From contig CAVZSG010000002.1 in the NCBI GenBank assembly GCA_963777865.1, positions 125,863 through 189,862 of the forward strand: DNA of 64,000 nucleotides, given 5' to 3'. The translations under genes were made by a program, and so were the position numbers. Numbering within the stretch: position 1 is the first letter of the stretch; each line of letters opens with the position of its first letter. The DNA comes from an uncultured Chloroflexia bacterium. Lineage in GTDB: Bacteria > Chloroflexota > Chloroflexia > Thermomicrobiales > UBA6265. The notes below the pieces were generated by a model, which made no database searches, was not told the DNA's origin, and was given only the letters and a program-made list of their open reading frames with translations. Positions 1 through 11,796 of this stretch are shown piece after piece.

Positions 1-2
1 TC

Positions 3-800
3 GGGTTTGGGGTCATTCAGGCCATCGTGGTGATTCTCATTGCCCGATTCGTGCACCGATTGTTTCGCGACAAGCTGATGCAGCGGGTGGATTCGCCATC
101 CCTGACTGAGAGTGGTCGCTCTGCAATAACGATTGTCAGCAGCATTGTCGTGGGCGTTGTCTCCGGGACCGTTCTTCTGGCACTTTGGGGTGTGACCTGG
201 GGCGGGATTGTCACCGCAGTCAGCCTGGGAACACTTGGGATTCTCCTGGGAATCCAGGACGTTCTGAAAAGTCTTATCGGCGGTGTGTTCCTGGTGATGG
301 AACGGCCGTACTCGATTGGAGATCGGGTCCAGTTCCGGGATGTAACCGGCCGCATCATTGCCATCGAACTCAGGACGACCATTCTCAGATCCGATTCCGG
401 GCATCGAATCGTGGCTCCGAACTCGATCGTGTTTACCGACACCATCACAAATTACAGCGTCGAGCGTCAGATCAGGACCACGGTGATCATCAGGAACATC
501 AGCGGCGACCCGGTAGGGCTGCGACCGGACATGCTGGAATCGCTGAAGGGTGTTAGCGGTATCGACGAGGGACCAGATATCCGCTTCCTCGTCCATGGGC
601 GAGAGGTAACGTCGGTGGCATCAGACGCAGGTGTCGATTCGTCTCGGTCTACCCGAAAGGGCCGCAATGTAGAAGTCAGGGTTAGTTGGGTCGGCAGTGG
701 CGAGCCGGAAGTTCAGACCGCCGTGGTCGATCGTCTGCGACCGTTCTTCCCGAATGCAACCATGCGTGTCCGGAAACACGGTCGCGCCATATCCGATTGA
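3..800 (+). CDS. MscS-family small-conductance mechanosensitive channel (5' end probably outside window)
   Basis: TM helices then GILLGIQDVLKSLIGGVFLVMERPYSIGDRV...G.IIAIELRTTILRS...IVAPNS, the MscS core; frame is open from base 3. Confidence 0.9.
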   Translation, partial: GFGVIQAIVVILIARFVHRLFRDKLMQRVDSPSLTESGRSAITIVSSIVVGVVSGTVLLALWGVTWGGIVTAVSLGTLGILLGIQDVLKSLIGGVFLVMERPYSIGDRVQFRDVTGRIIAIELRTTILRSDSGHRIVAPNSIVFTDTITNYSVERQIRTTVIIRNISGDPVGLRPDMLESLKGVSGIDEGPDIRFLVHGREVTSVASDAGVDSSRSTRKGRNVEVRVSWVGSGEPEVQTAVVDRLRPFFPNATMRVRKHGRAISD

Positions 801-852
801 CCGACGGTGACAGGGGAGAACGATGCCCCAATGAACGAGAAGCAGGAGGGCC

Positions 853-2451
853 CTACACGGACTGCGCAATTACTGATCGAACAAGATCCAGTCTTTGCAG
901 GGCCATAAACAGGGGATCTAGCCATACTCCCGGCTCATCAGTCGTATCGATCTGGACATGTGTCGCGGAATCTGGAATCGGGACCGGACTTGATAGCGCT
1001 CCGGTGACCTGCTTTTCCAGTATGGCGATATCAGCATCTGAATTTGAATCGCCAGTTTCAGAACGAACCTTGATCCGCTCCCGGGCAACGTCCAGATCGC
1101 AGATTGTTTCGACGAGAAGAAAGTCGACCGCAGCGGACCTGGCTGCTAGTGCTGCGGATTCACGATGTTCGTCATCCAGAAACGTTGCGTCCAGAACAAC
1201 CGGTTGCCCATTCTTCAGCACTCTTGCGGCAAGTTCGAACATCCGGCGGTACGTTTTCTGGCTCCAATCGTCTGTATAGATTCCCTGATCCCACTCAGCG
1301 GGAGATGCTCCGGTTACGCCGGCCAGTTCTTTCCGGATGGAGTCGGATGACAAGTGAACTGCGCCGGTTGCCCGTGCTATTGATCTGGCGACGGTAGATT
1401 TCCCAGTCCCGCTCAGGCCGGTCATGCAGACCAATGCGGGTGCTACGTTGTAGAGCGAATGCATCGCTACATTAAGGTAGTCAGCGGCTTCGGAAACGAG
1501 TTCGGTGTGTGCACGTAGGCCGCCGGCAAGGGTCAGACAATCAACCTTGGCACGAACCAGTGCCCTGTGCGCCACATAAAACTTGACCAGATTCTCGGGA
1601 AGGTCGATTCCAGCCTCTCGATAGGCAGCTTCGAGATCAGCCGCCAGCCCGCCGAATCCAATACGACGCAGGTCCATCAGCAGGAATGCCAGGTCACTCG
1701 CAACGTCGGCGCATCGAATGAATCGATTGAACTCGACACAATCGAAGATCTGAACCGCTCCATTTTCGATGATTATGTGTTCGGCCCGCAGATCTCCGTG
1801 TCCTTCTCGAATCCACCCATCGTCAATTCTTCGTTGGAGGAGTTGTTGATTTTCACTAACGAAGGTTCTCATTGCTCGTCCGACGAGTTCGAGTTGGACG
1901 GCCCCCAGGTGAATTCCGCCGAATCGATTCAACTCATCAAGGTTGCTGATCACTACGTCGATGACGGCGCTTGATGATCCGGCCTCGGTAGGATCGCAGA
2001 GGACTGCGTGGTCCCGATGAAATGGGATAAGTCGATGCGCAAGAAGGGCAACCAGGTCAGATGGCGCTCGTTTTGAAGTGAGAAGTGTGTCCAGGGTCTG
2101 ATCCTGCGGGAGCCTCCGCATCAGGGTGGCCCACTCCACGGGCTGTCCCACTCCTTCGACGGTCAGGCGGTCGCCCTGCCGTGTGATCGGGACAGTTCCC
2201 AGGTAAACGTTGTCCGTCAAACGACGATTGAGGCGGAACTCGTCGTCGCAAGCACTGCGTCGCTTGTTCAGATCTGAATAGTCCACAAAGTCAAACAGCA
2301 CAGGGCGTTTGATTTTGACGACCCGGTCTCCTGCAATGAACACCCATGAGATGTGGGTTTCGATCAACTCCACGGATTCCGGTTTCCACGGATAGGCAGA
2401 AGGGTCCAGGAGTGTCCGGATCAGATCTTCATTGTCAGCGCATGCAGGCAC
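853..2451 (-). CDS. Bifunctional aminoglycoside-phosphotransferase-like / AAA P-loop kinase protein (COG2187+COG0645, Rv2004c-like)
   Basis: ETHISWVF, EGHGDL, FDCVEFN motifs; C-terminal GLSGTGKS P-loop and VVLDATF. Confidence 0.9.
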   Translation of the reverse strand: MPACADNEDLIRTLLDPSAYPWKPESVELIETHISWVFIAGDRVVKIKRPVLFDFVDYSDLNKRRSACDDEFRLNRRLTDNVYLGTVPITRQGDRLTVEGVGQPVEWATLMRRLPQDQTLDTLLTSKRAPSDLVALLAHRLIPFHRDHAVLCDPTEAGSSSAVIDVVISNLDELNRFGGIHLGAVQLELVGRAMRTFVSENQQLLQRRIDDGWIREGHGDLRAEHIIIENGAVQIFDCVEFNRFIRCADVASDLAFLLMDLRRIGFGGLAADLEAAYREAGIDLPENLVKFYVAHRALVRAKVDCLTLAGGLRAHTELVSEAADYLNVAMHSLYNVAPALVCMTGLSGTGKSTVARSIARATGAVHLSSDSIRKELAGVTGASPAEWDQGIYTDDWSQKTYRRMFELAARVLKNGQPVVLDATFLDDEHRESAALAARSAAVDFLLVETICDLDVARERIKVRSETGDSNSDADIAILEKQVTGALSSPVPIPDSATHVQIDTTDEPGVWLDPLFMALQRLDLVRSVIAQSV

Positions 2452-2602
2452 AGTATTACGCCTTCTTGCATTGGTCTCGGGTGCTCAGGTCTGAGCAACG
2501 ACAGGTTCAGCGTAGGGCAGTGATAGCGAGTTCGGCCGCCCGTGCACAGGTTACCTGACCTGACCAATGGTTAGTTCGCGTTAGTTCGGCGTTAGGCGCG
2601 AA

Positions 2603-3976
2603 TCAGCGTGCGGCGACCGGAATGGTAAAGCTGAAGATCGATCCTCTGCTCGGCGCACTGCGCACCCAAATTCGCCCGCCCATCCGCTCAACCAGAGATT
2701 TCGCAATCGGCAGACCAAGTCCGCTCCCCATATCGTCTGGATTGGCATTGGTCTGGACCCGGTAGAAGCGCGTGAAAATGAGTTCCTGCTCGCGTTGGGA
2801 AAGTCCGATTCCCGTGTCAGCGATGTCGAAGCGCACGAAGCCCTCAGACACGGACGCGGCGATGGTGATGGTTCCCCCATCAAGCGTGTATCGATTGGCA
2901 TTTGACATCAGGTTGACCAGAACCTGAATCAGCCGGCCCCGATCAGCGGAGATCGATGGGATGCTGTCATCCAGATCAAGGTTCAGACGCTGGTGTCGCT
3001 CGTTCACCATTGGCGAAATCATTGCAATTGCTTCAGTCATCACCGAACGTGGATCAATCTCATCCAGAGCAATTTCGAATGCGCCAGCCTCGAGCCGGGA
3101 GAACTCGAGGAGTTCATTCACCTGATCGATCAGGCCGGTGACGTTGCGCTGAACGATGCCAAGGTAGGACTGGGCCTGCCCGGGTAGTTCACCAGCCGAT
3201 CCCCGAATCAACAAGTCCAGAAAACCCGAGATCGAGGTCAACGGTGTTCGCAACTCGTGCGAGACCGTGGCGATGAAATCATCTTTCATCCGGTCCAGTT
3301 CCAGTTGATCGGTAATGTCCCGGAGAGCGAAGAGGCGACCGTGCTCGGTCTGATCAGCTCCGGCAACATCGGCGACAACGAGCGCGTGGCTGCGCGGCTC
3401 CGGATAGACCTGGTCGATCTGCTGGCCAACGACCAGCGGTTGGTCGCGGTTCCAGCGCAGCGTTCGACAGAATGAGTCGTCGCCGAACACGGTCAGCAGG
3501 ATCGGACGAATCTGATGCACATGCAGGCCGAGCAACCGATCCTTGCTGCTGCCAAGGAGATCGCAGAATCGCTGGTTGGCGTTGGCAAGGCGGTGATCTT
3601 CGGAAATGAGCACCATCGCCTCGTCGGCCGCATCCAGGATTGCTGCGTTTTCTGCGCGCTGGCGTTCCAGTTCGGCGTACTGCCAGACGAGTGCCATTTC
3701 CGTGTCGGATTGATCGCGAAGGTCATCGATCGTTCCCGGCAAGTAACCGGTCGACACAGGAGCCTGGTGGGTCGGGTGTGGTACTGGAGCCGACAGTGTG
3801 ATCTGTTCAGGTCGCACGCCGCTCCGGGCCTGGTGACGTTCAATCAACGCGGCATTGAGCTGGTGCGGATTGAGTCCACCCAGCATGTCAGTTCGAATGT
3901 CGATACCCACGTCTGTGTCCCCGCCCTGGGTTACCCGCATATCCCGGCTCGGAAGGGCCAGCCCAATACGGGCCAT
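2603..3976 (-). CDS. Cytoplasmic PAS-domain sensor histidine kinase
   Basis: PAS (AILDAADEAMVLIS...ANQRF), H-box SHELRTPL, N-box NLMSNA, DTGIG, GSGLGL; no TM segment seen; start uncertain. Confidence 0.92.
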   Translation of the reverse strand: MARIGLALPSRDMRVTQGGDTDVGIDIRTDMLGGLNPHQLNAALIERHQARSGVRPEQITLSAPVPHPTHQAPVSTGYLPGTIDDLRDQSDTEMALVWQYAELERQRAENAAILDAADEAMVLISEDHRLANANQRFCDLLGSSKDRLLGLHVHQIRPILLTVFGDDSFCRTLRWNRDQPLVVGQQIDQVYPEPRSHALVVADVAGADQTEHGRLFALRDITDQLELDRMKDDFIATVSHELRTPLTSISGFLDLLIRGSAGELPGQAQSYLGIVQRNVTGLIDQVNELLEFSRLEAGAFEIALDEIDPRSVMTEAIAMISPMVNERHQRLNLDLDDSIPSISADRGRLIQVLVNLMSNANRYTLDGGTITIAASVSEGFVRFDIADTGIGLSQREQELIFTRFYRVQTNANPDDMGSGLGLPIAKSLVERMGGRIWVRSAPSRGSIFSFTIPVAAR

Positions 3977-4230
3977 ACCGATTCCGTTTGGCGATTCTGT
4001 CAGCCCGGATCCTCCCGGAGAATAGGGGATTTGTCCCAGAGTTGAATTCGCGGGTCCGTTCGGGCCAGTCCGGCCCGGTCATCCGATGGGCACCCATACC
4101 GGAGGTCCTGCCTCGAGAAGTGATCGCTACATTCGTACTATCGTCAGTCCTCCGAATCAACAATGCCAGGGTCGATGATCAGAGTCCGAACTCCGCGTGC
4201 GGATGCGACCTGGCTTGTGTTGGTTATCTG

Positions 4231-7174
4231 GTGACGGACGAAAACTTGACGACGCCCCGAGCTGAACAGCCAACGGCACCCCAAATACTCGTCGTTGAGG
4301 ACGATCCGGATATTCAGCTACTGATCTCACGATCGCTGGATCACGCTGGTTACCGCGTGCGCACTGCCATGCACGGTCGTGACGCACTTGCCCAAATCGA
4401 CGAATGCATTCCGGATTTGATCGTCTCCGACGTGATGATGCCGGAGATGGATGGCCTTGAGCTGCTCTCCGCGGTCCGCAATGATCCGACCACCAGGCGA
4501 GTGCCGCTGATTCTGCTGACGGCGAGGGGATCCTCGACCGATATCGTCGATGGCCTTGATCTTGGGGCAGATGACTACTTGCCCAAGCCATTCGTGGTCA
4601 GCGAATTGCAGGCACGGGTTCGGGCAAAGGTCCAGCGTCCGCCAGTGCCAATCGAAGAGCTCACCAGGCAACCCAGGCTCAAGGTGCTGCCGTATGCCGC
4701 ATTTGAAGACGAACTTGAACGCGAGATTTCGCAGGACGCGCCGGGGCGGTGGGTCTGGCTGCCTGGCTGCGGTCGAGATCTCCGAATTGCCGCGGATTCG
4801 CGAACAACTCGGGAGTCGGGCATTGGAATCGCTCGTCAAGCAAGTCGGCCTGGCGATTGCCGAAGACGGACGATCGCTGGACAGCGTCGGTCGGGATCCA
4901 GCGGACCGATTTCTGCTGCTTCTCCCGGAAACGCAGCCCGACGGTGCAGAAATCCGTCTTCGGCGACTGCATCAATTGATCATCAAGCAGTCATTCACCC
5001 TGGGAACCGAAACCGTTCGCCTCACGCCGGTGACCGGATTCGCGGGGTACGACCAGGATACGGACGTCCGCCTGACCCAGGACATGGCCCTGACCGCGTT
5101 GGACCACGCAGCAATCAGACTGGACCTGGAGCCAGTTCGGTACAACCCATCAATGGGAATACGAAGTTCGGATGCCGAGAGCGAGGCGAAGACGGCGAAA
5201 TCCCGATCGGCGCGAGCGGAACGGCTCAGACTGACCGGGCAAATCGCGCTCGTGCATTTCGCTGGCGTAATCCTGCCGTTCCTGACCTACGTTGTTCTGG
5301 CCAGTTTCGGAATCAACATAGTGCCAGCGGTGTACATGCTGGTGGTGTTTACGTTGATCGCGACGGCCGCCCTGATCTGGATCGAGGGGTACGCCGCCCT
5401 CCAGATTCGCAATCCACCCGAGCCTGAGGAAACTGCGCCAGCGGCCTCGGGAATCATCGCTGCGTATTTGCCTAATGAAGCGGCCACGATTGTCGACACA
5501 GTAGAGGCGTTCCTGCGCATCGATTATCCGGGCGACTTTGAAGTGATCCTGGCGTACAACACGCCGCGCAATCTGCCAGTCGAAGCGGTGCTGCAGGCAA
5601 TCGCCCAGCGCGACCCTCGATTCCGGCCAATGCGAATAGCCAGCAGTACGTCCAAGGCGCAGAACGTCAATGCCGCCCTGGTTGAGGCCAAGGGCGAGAT
5701 CATCGGTGTGTTCGATGCCGATCACCACCCGATGCCCGGAGCCTTCACCCGGGCCTGGCACTGGATCGCGAGCGGGTACGACATCGTGCAGGGACATTGC
5801 GTCGTTCGCAACGGTGATGAGTCCGCCCTTTCCCGAACGATTGCGATCGAATTCGAAACGATCTACGGCGTCAGTCACCCCGGTCGCGCACAACTCCACG
5901 ACTTCGGGATCTTCGGCGGCTCGAATGGCTACTGGCGAACAGATCTCCTGCGCAAGACCCGCATGCATGGGTTCATGCTGACCGAGGACATCGATTCGTC
6001 GATCCGGGCCGTCACCGCCGGGTATCGCATTTGCTCGGATCCTGGCCTGATCTCGGAAGAACTCGCCCCAGTCACGTTCAAGGGATTCTGGAATCAACGA
6101 ATGCGCTGGGCCCAGGGCTGGTTCCAGGTTTCGCGCAAACACTTCGGCGAAACGGTTCGCTCGGACAGCCTTACCCGCCGCCAGAAGGCCGGAATGTTCC
6201 ACCTGCTCTGCTGGCGGGAGATCTACCCGTGGCTTTCGTTGCAGATGTGGCCGATCATCGCGTTCTGGATCTGGACCTACGGCAGTGTCACCAAGATCAA
6301 CTGGCTGATCCCGATCTTTGTGCTGACGACCCTGTTTACATTGAGCGTCGGACCCGGGCAAGTGCTCTTCTCGTACTTGCTGGCCGCTCCCCAGATCAGG
6401 GAACGAAAGCGATGGTTCTGGATGTTTTTGCTGACGGCGCCGATCTACAGCGAACTGAAAAACGTAATCGCCCGGGTTGCCCAGATAAAAGAGGTGATGG
6501 GGGATCGCCAGTGGAAAGTCACCCCACGAGGGTCGGCCGACGATACGTACGATGACGAAGCGGTCGTCCTTCCAGGAGAAGCCGTGATCGGAGTATCGCG
6601 AGTTGGCATCAACAAATCTGTGCGAACCGAAGTGATTGTCGTTCCGGACCTGCCTGCAGTTGCCCAGTGGACCCTCTTCGATGCCGACATTTCGCAGGCA
6701 GAGGAGTGGACCCGTTACCCAGGTCTCCGGGTCCTCGCCGATGAATTGATCAGCGACGGAACCGATGCTCATTCACTCGTGCTGGTTCCGTATGTGCCAA
6801 TTTGTGACCGGTTTGCGGTCGAGGCCGAGATCCGGATGATGTGTCCGGATGCGTACGGTGGCAGGGTGCAATTGCTTGCCGGGGTACGCCCACTTTCCGG
6901 TGACGCTCGTGCGTCGGGAATCGGAGCCGGATTCGATTCGGGCGGGCGCGGGACGACAATTTTGACCATCAATGGCGAAGTCAGCAGGACCGTCCAGGTT
7001 GGGGTTGACAGTGCGTGGCACACGCTCCGACTGGAGGTCGACCGAGGGCAGGTCCGCTTCCTGATCGATGGGGCACCGTTGCTTGAACAGCAAACCAGTG
7101 CGTTCGCCCAGCCAGGTCAGATTGGCATTGCAAGTCATCATGCGGCCTGGCGCCTCTGTCACTTCGAGTGGTAA
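4231..7174 (+). CDS. REC - degenerate GGDEF - GT2 (cellulose-synthase-like) glycosyltransferase - ConA/LamG-like fusion; one frameshift near 4730
   Basis: REC (VVEDD, VSDVMMP, LLTA, KPF) in one frame to ~4730, then GGDEF-like region, TM helices and GT2 motifs SKAQN, DADH, TEDID, QRMRW in the 4550-7174 frame. Confidence 0.85.
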
Positions 7175-7276
7175 CCTGTAGAGTCGCTGGCGATCAAACC
7201 AGACAGATACTTCGCACTTTTCGCCCTTTCTGGTCCAGTGTGATATTGGCCCGAAGGACTGAAAGGGGAGCGAGAA

Positions 7277-7900
7277 ATGACTGATCACGTAATTTGTGCG
7301 ATAGTTGAAGACGAATGCCACCTCGTTGGCCCTGTGTTCGCCAAGAGTTTCGCGGACGAACCGGTCGCGGTGGCAACGTTCAATAATTCAGTCGCAATGG
7401 AGGCTTACCTGGCGGAGAGGACAGCAGCGTTCAGCCGGTTCTGCTGTCGCTACGGGGCAGTACTTGCAATTGGTGATGGGAATGGCGGTGTCTACGGGGC
7501 TCTGGCAATGATCAATATGCCTGCACCCGAGATGACAAGTGACATGCGAATTGATTTAGGTTATCCAGTAAATCCCGAATGTGATATGGCAATGAGCAGA
7601 ATCGGAGCGATGCTCGCGGAGGCTGAGGGTCACTACGGCGCATTGCCGAAACGCTGGATCAGTGTCGAGATGGTGGCGGTTGTTCCGGACAGGCAGGGCC
7701 AGGGACTGGGATCGCGCCTGATGCGGAAAGTACTTGACGAGGCGGCACGGTCCGGAGAACCGGTGTGCCTGGTGACTGATAGGGCGATCAACGTGACCTT
7801 CTATTCACGGCTGGGTATGCACATTGCATGGAAAGGTATGGACTCAGACGGCACTGTGGAAATGTGGAGTATGCGGACATTCCCTGAACAGACTTATTGA
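7277..7900 (+). CDS. GNAT family N-acetyltransferase
   Basis: VAVVPDRQGQGLGSRLM acetyl-CoA motif, NVTFYSRLG. Confidence 0.88.
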   Translation: MTDHVICAIVEDECHLVGPVFAKSFADEPVAVATFNNSVAMEAYLAERTAAFSRFCCRYGAVLAIGDGNGGVYGALAMINMPAPEMTSDMRIDLGYPVNPECDMAMSRIGAMLAEAEGHYGALPKRWISVEMVAVVPDRQGQGLGSRLMRKVLDEAARSGEPVCLVTDRAINVTFYSRLGMHIAWKGMDSDGTVEMWSMRTFPEQTY

Positions 7901-8101
7901 TCCGGGAGTCAAAAGGTGCCGGTTTTTCGGTAGTTTGACGACGTGTGAGGCATCGTTGTGGCTCCTTGTCGGCTCTGAGTCTTGCACGGCACAAGCCTGT
8001 AACAACAGGGGTATCACGCTACCATTCTGTTCGCGGCGCGGTTGTCTGCAATTGGCAGGTCTTGACCGTTGCCCGCACCTGCCAATCCGGATTGGATCGA
8101 G

Positions 8102-8959
8102 ATGACGACTACCTTCATACCAGGAACCGAAGCCCCCGCTCCATCCGAATGCGATCTGATTGCATTGGTCGACCAGATAGCTGCAATCGATGGCGTGGAT
8201 ATTCCCGAGAGCCTCGGCACGCTGGATGCCTACCCGGATGCGTTTGTCATTTCCGCGATTCGGGATGGGCGAGCGGTAGGGCTCGCCTCGGCATCGGGTG
8301 CCAGGCCACCGGAGATTGGCATCGCCATCCATCCCGATTGCCGACGCCAGGGTATCGCCCGGCAGCTGATCAGCGAATTGCAGTGCGAATTGGTCCGACG
8401 CGGACACACCGAAGCACTGTTGATTTCGGAGCGGGCCTCCGCATCGGGAATCGCATTCCTCGAATCGATTGCTGCTCCCTACCAGTTCTCGGAATTTCGG
8501 TTGGAGCGCTCAGGCGATGTGTCTCCGGACCTGCAATTACCAGTGGGATTCGACGTGCGCCGAGCCGATCATGCCGACCGGGGACTCATGATCGAGTTGC
8601 TTGCTCGGGCTTTCGATGATCGGGAGGCTACCGCGGCCGAGACAATCGACGATGGCTTGCGGGAAACGGACCGGCATTTCGCAATTGCCGCGTTCGACGG
8701 CGTTCCAATGGGCGTGGTGCGGGTCGGAGAGTGGGCCGGACTCGGAGACATCACTGCACTCGGAGTGATTCCGGAGTACCGGGGCAGGGGTTTGGGTCGG
8801 TCACTCCTGATGTGGGCGGTGGCGTATTTAGCTGATCAGGGTCACCAACGGATTGCGCTCGAAGTCGCCACCGACAATGCGAATGCGCTGGGCCTTTACC
8901 AGTCGTGCGGGTTTGTGGTTACCAACGAATTCGCCTACCACTCCTTTCCATTTGCTTGA
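8102..8959 (+). CDS. Tandem-domain GNAT acetyltransferase (MshD-like architecture)
   Basis: Two motifs: IHPDCRRQGIA and VIPEYRGRGLG...NANALGLYQSCGF. Confidence 0.88.
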   Translation: MTTTFIPGTEAPAPSECDLIALVDQIAAIDGVDIPESLGTLDAYPDAFVISAIRDGRAVGLASASGARPPEIGIAIHPDCRRQGIARQLISELQCELVRRGHTEALLISERASASGIAFLESIAAPYQFSEFRLERSGDVSPDLQLPVGFDVRRADHADRGLMIELLARAFDDREATAAETIDDGLRETDRHFAIAAFDGVPMGVVRVGEWAGLGDITALGVIPEYRGRGLGRSLLMWAVAYLADQGHQRIALEVATDNANALGLYQSCGFVVTNEFAYHSFPFA

Positions 8960-9116
8960 GAACGCAATATTCGTGCAAAAGGCCTTGGCAGAAGTCGACC
9001 GGATGTGTCAATAATGACGCAGATGAAGTCTGACAATCTGTTTTTCCAGGTGTTGTAGCGACGACGCTCTGTTCCCGAAAGAGGGTTCGCCTGATTCTAT
9101 GGTTGGCTCCCCGCCG

Positions 9117-10729
9117 ATGAGCGCCACGACTGAACCGGTAACGAAGCCGGACGACGTCCAACCCGTACTCGAGATGATTTCCATCTCGAAGCGTTTCGGT
9201 GCCACTCAGGCGCTGGAGGATGTTTCGCTGTCCCTGCGGCCTGGCGAAGTCCATGCGCTGCTTGGCGAAAATGGCGCCGGCAAATCCACCCTGATCAAAA
9301 TCATGACCGGTATCCAGCAACCGGATTCCGGGCGAAATCCGGATCGCAGGTCAGGTCGTCCGGGTCGGTTCGTCCCAGGATGCCCAGCGGCTGGGTGTGG
9401 CGGCGATGTACCAGGAGCCGATGATCTTTCCGGATCTCTCGGTCGCCGAAAACATCTTCATCGGGCACAACGATCGTGGCCGGTTCGTCGACCGTCGGCG
9501 GATGATCAAGGATGCCAACGCCGTTTTTGACCGGCTCGGCGTCCATCTCGATGTCGGTGATCCCGCACGCGGCCTGACCCTTGCTGAGCAGCAGATGGTC
9601 GAGATCGCCAAGGCGATTTCACTCGATATCCGCGTGCTGATCATGGACGAGCCGACCGCATCGCTCTCCGCCCACGAGGTTCGCCAGCTCTTCCGGATCG
9701 TTTCCGGATTGCGCCAGCAGGGCGTCGCGATTCTGTTCATTTCCCACCGACTTGAGGAGGTCTTCGAGATCTCCGACCGGGTGACGATTTTCCGGGACGG
9801 TCGCTGGATTTCGACCAATCCGCGGTCCGAATTGACCCCCGCCCAGGCCATTCGCGGCATGGTTGGCCGCACGGTGGTCGAACTCTTCCATCGCAACCGG
9901 CAACCGCATGGTCCGGTCCGTCTGGCCGTCAAGAACCTCTGGTCGTGAAGGGGTGTTCAACGACATCTCGTTCGAACTCCACGCTGGCGAAGTGCTCGGG
10001 TTTGCCGGGCTGGTCGGCGCGCATCGTACCGACGTCGGCCTGGCCCTGTTCGGTATCGCTCCCGCGGACAAGGGCGAAATCACGCTCGACGGTAAAGCCG
10101 TTTCGATCACAAGCGCCAAGCAGGCGATGAACCTGGGCATTGCCTATAGCACCGAAGATCGCCGCCAACTGGGGCTGATCATGCCGCTTTCAATTGCCTC
10201 CAACATCACGTTGCCGTCGTTGCCGCGCTATCTGACCGGGGCAGGGCTGGTCAAGCGAGACGAAGAGCGGGCGACGGCGGAGTCATTCCGGAAGCGGTTC
10301 ACGATTCGCGCCCCATCGGTCGAGGTGCCAACGTCGTCGCTATCGGGCGGAAACCAGCAGAAGGTCGTTATCAGCAAATGGCTCGAGACGAGTCCGCAGG
10401 TGCTGATTCTGGACGAACCGACGCGCGGAATCGATATCGGCTCCAAGGTCGAAGTCCATCAGTTGATCGACGAACTGGCTGCGTCCGGTATCGCGATCAT
10501 CCTGATCAGTTCCGACATGCCGGAAGTGCTGGCCATGAGCGATCGGGTGCTCGTGATGCGCGAGGGTCGGCAGATGGCGATTCTCGATCATACCGAGGTG
10601 ACACAGGAGCGTGTTTTGACTGCGGCAATGGGTCAGTTGGACGACGTCTTTGCCGGCAGCGCGGCTTCTGAAGCGGCAGCTGAGATCGACCAGCTCGTCC
10701 TCGGAACAACGGAGACTGACCAGCGATGA
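9117..10729 (+). CDS. Sugar ABC transporter ATP-binding protein (RbsA/RhaT type, double NBD); frameshifts near 9330 and 9940
   Basis: [34 protein letters not shown] across three ORF fragments. Confidence 0.9.
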
Positions 10730-11796
10730 CCGATGCATTTCTCCGCCGATTCCGGCCCGAGCAACTCCGCGAGGTTGTGCTCGTCATCGTCACGATTGGC
10801 GTGCTGCTCTTCTTCGCGACCCAGATTCCTGATTACTTCAATGCCCGAGCAGTCAACCGGATCACGACCGGCCTGGCGATCACCCTGGTCGTGGCGATCG
10901 GACAGGTGCTGGTTGTTCTGACGCGCAACATCGACTTGTCGGTGTCGTCGATCGTCGGAATGTCGGCCTACGTGGTCGGGACGATACTGACGCGCGTCGA
11001 TGGGATGCCACCGCTGGTCGCCGTCCTCCTGGCGATGCTGATTGGCCTGGGTCTAGGTATGATCAATGGGCTGATTGTTGCGTATGGCGGTGTACCGGCA
11101 ATCATTACAACACTCGGGACGCTGGCGCTCTATCGCGTGGTATTGGTCGAAATATCGGGCGCTAAAACGGTCACCACCGCCGACTTGCCCGATTGGCTGA
11201 ATGACATTCCCAGCGCCAACATCATTTCGTTCGGTGACTACGATCTCCGCGTGATGGTTGGTGTGGCGCTGGCGGTCGCGATTCTCGGTCAACTCCTGTT
11301 GCAGTACCTTCCGTTTGGTCGCCGCTTGTACGCGATCGGGTCCAATCCGGAAGCGGCGCGGGTCGCTGGGCTCTCGGCCAAGCGTGATGTCTTTTGGGCG
11401 TACTCAATATGCGGCGCCCTCTCCGGTCTTGCCGGCTTCATGTTCCTGGTCCGGTTCGGCAATATCACGGTGACGGCCGCGCAGGGACTCGAGCTTCAGG
11501 TCGTTGCGGCAGTGGTTGTCGGTGGGGTCAGCATCCTCGGCGGCTCGGGCACCATGTTCGGCGCATTCATGGGTGTCGCCCTGATCGAAATTCTCCAGCA
11601 AAGCCTGATCCGGTGGGAGGGCGTCAATGCGTTTGTGAAGGACGCCATCCTCGGCCTGATGATCCTGATTGCCGTCACTGCAGACACCCTGCTGCTCGGA
11701 CGATTGCGTGAAGCATGGGTTCGGGTCAGACGCCGGGATCGGGAACGGGCTCGCCTGGATCTCCAGGTCGCTGAGGGCGATTCCCATGGTGACTAG
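10726..11796 (+). CDS. Sugar ABC transporter permease (RbsC/RhaP type)
   Basis: [35 protein letters not shown]. Confidence 0.92.
   Translation: MTDAFLRRFRPEQLREVVLVIVTIGVLLFFATQIPDYFNARAVNRITTGLAITLVVAIGQVLVVLTRNIDLSVSSIVGMSAYVVGTILTRVDGMPPLVAVLLAMLIGLGLGMINGLIVAYGGVPAIITTLGTLALYRVVLVEISGAKTVTTADLPDWLNDIPSANIISFGDYDLRVMVGVALAVAILGQLLLQYLPFGRRLYAIGSNPEAARVAGLSAKRDVFWAYSICGALSGLAGFMFLVRFGNITVTAAQGLELQVVAAVVVGGVSILGGSGTMFGAFMGVALIEILQQSLIRWEGVNAFVKDAILGLMILIAVTADTLLLGRLREAWVRVRRRDRERARLDLQVAEGDSHGD

Noticed and set aside
853..2451. Aminoglycoside resistance gene
   Set aside because: It belongs to the widespread COG2187/AAA fusion family; an APH-like fold alone does not imply resistance
4740..5150. 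Active diguanylate cyclase
   Set aside because: The GGDEF motif is replaced by PADRF, so catalysis is unlikely
5150..6772. Long antisense ORFs (540 aa here; also 32232-33776 and 56543-57754)
   Set aside because: They are shadows of real genes on the opposite strand caused by GC-rich codon bias and carry no protein motifs
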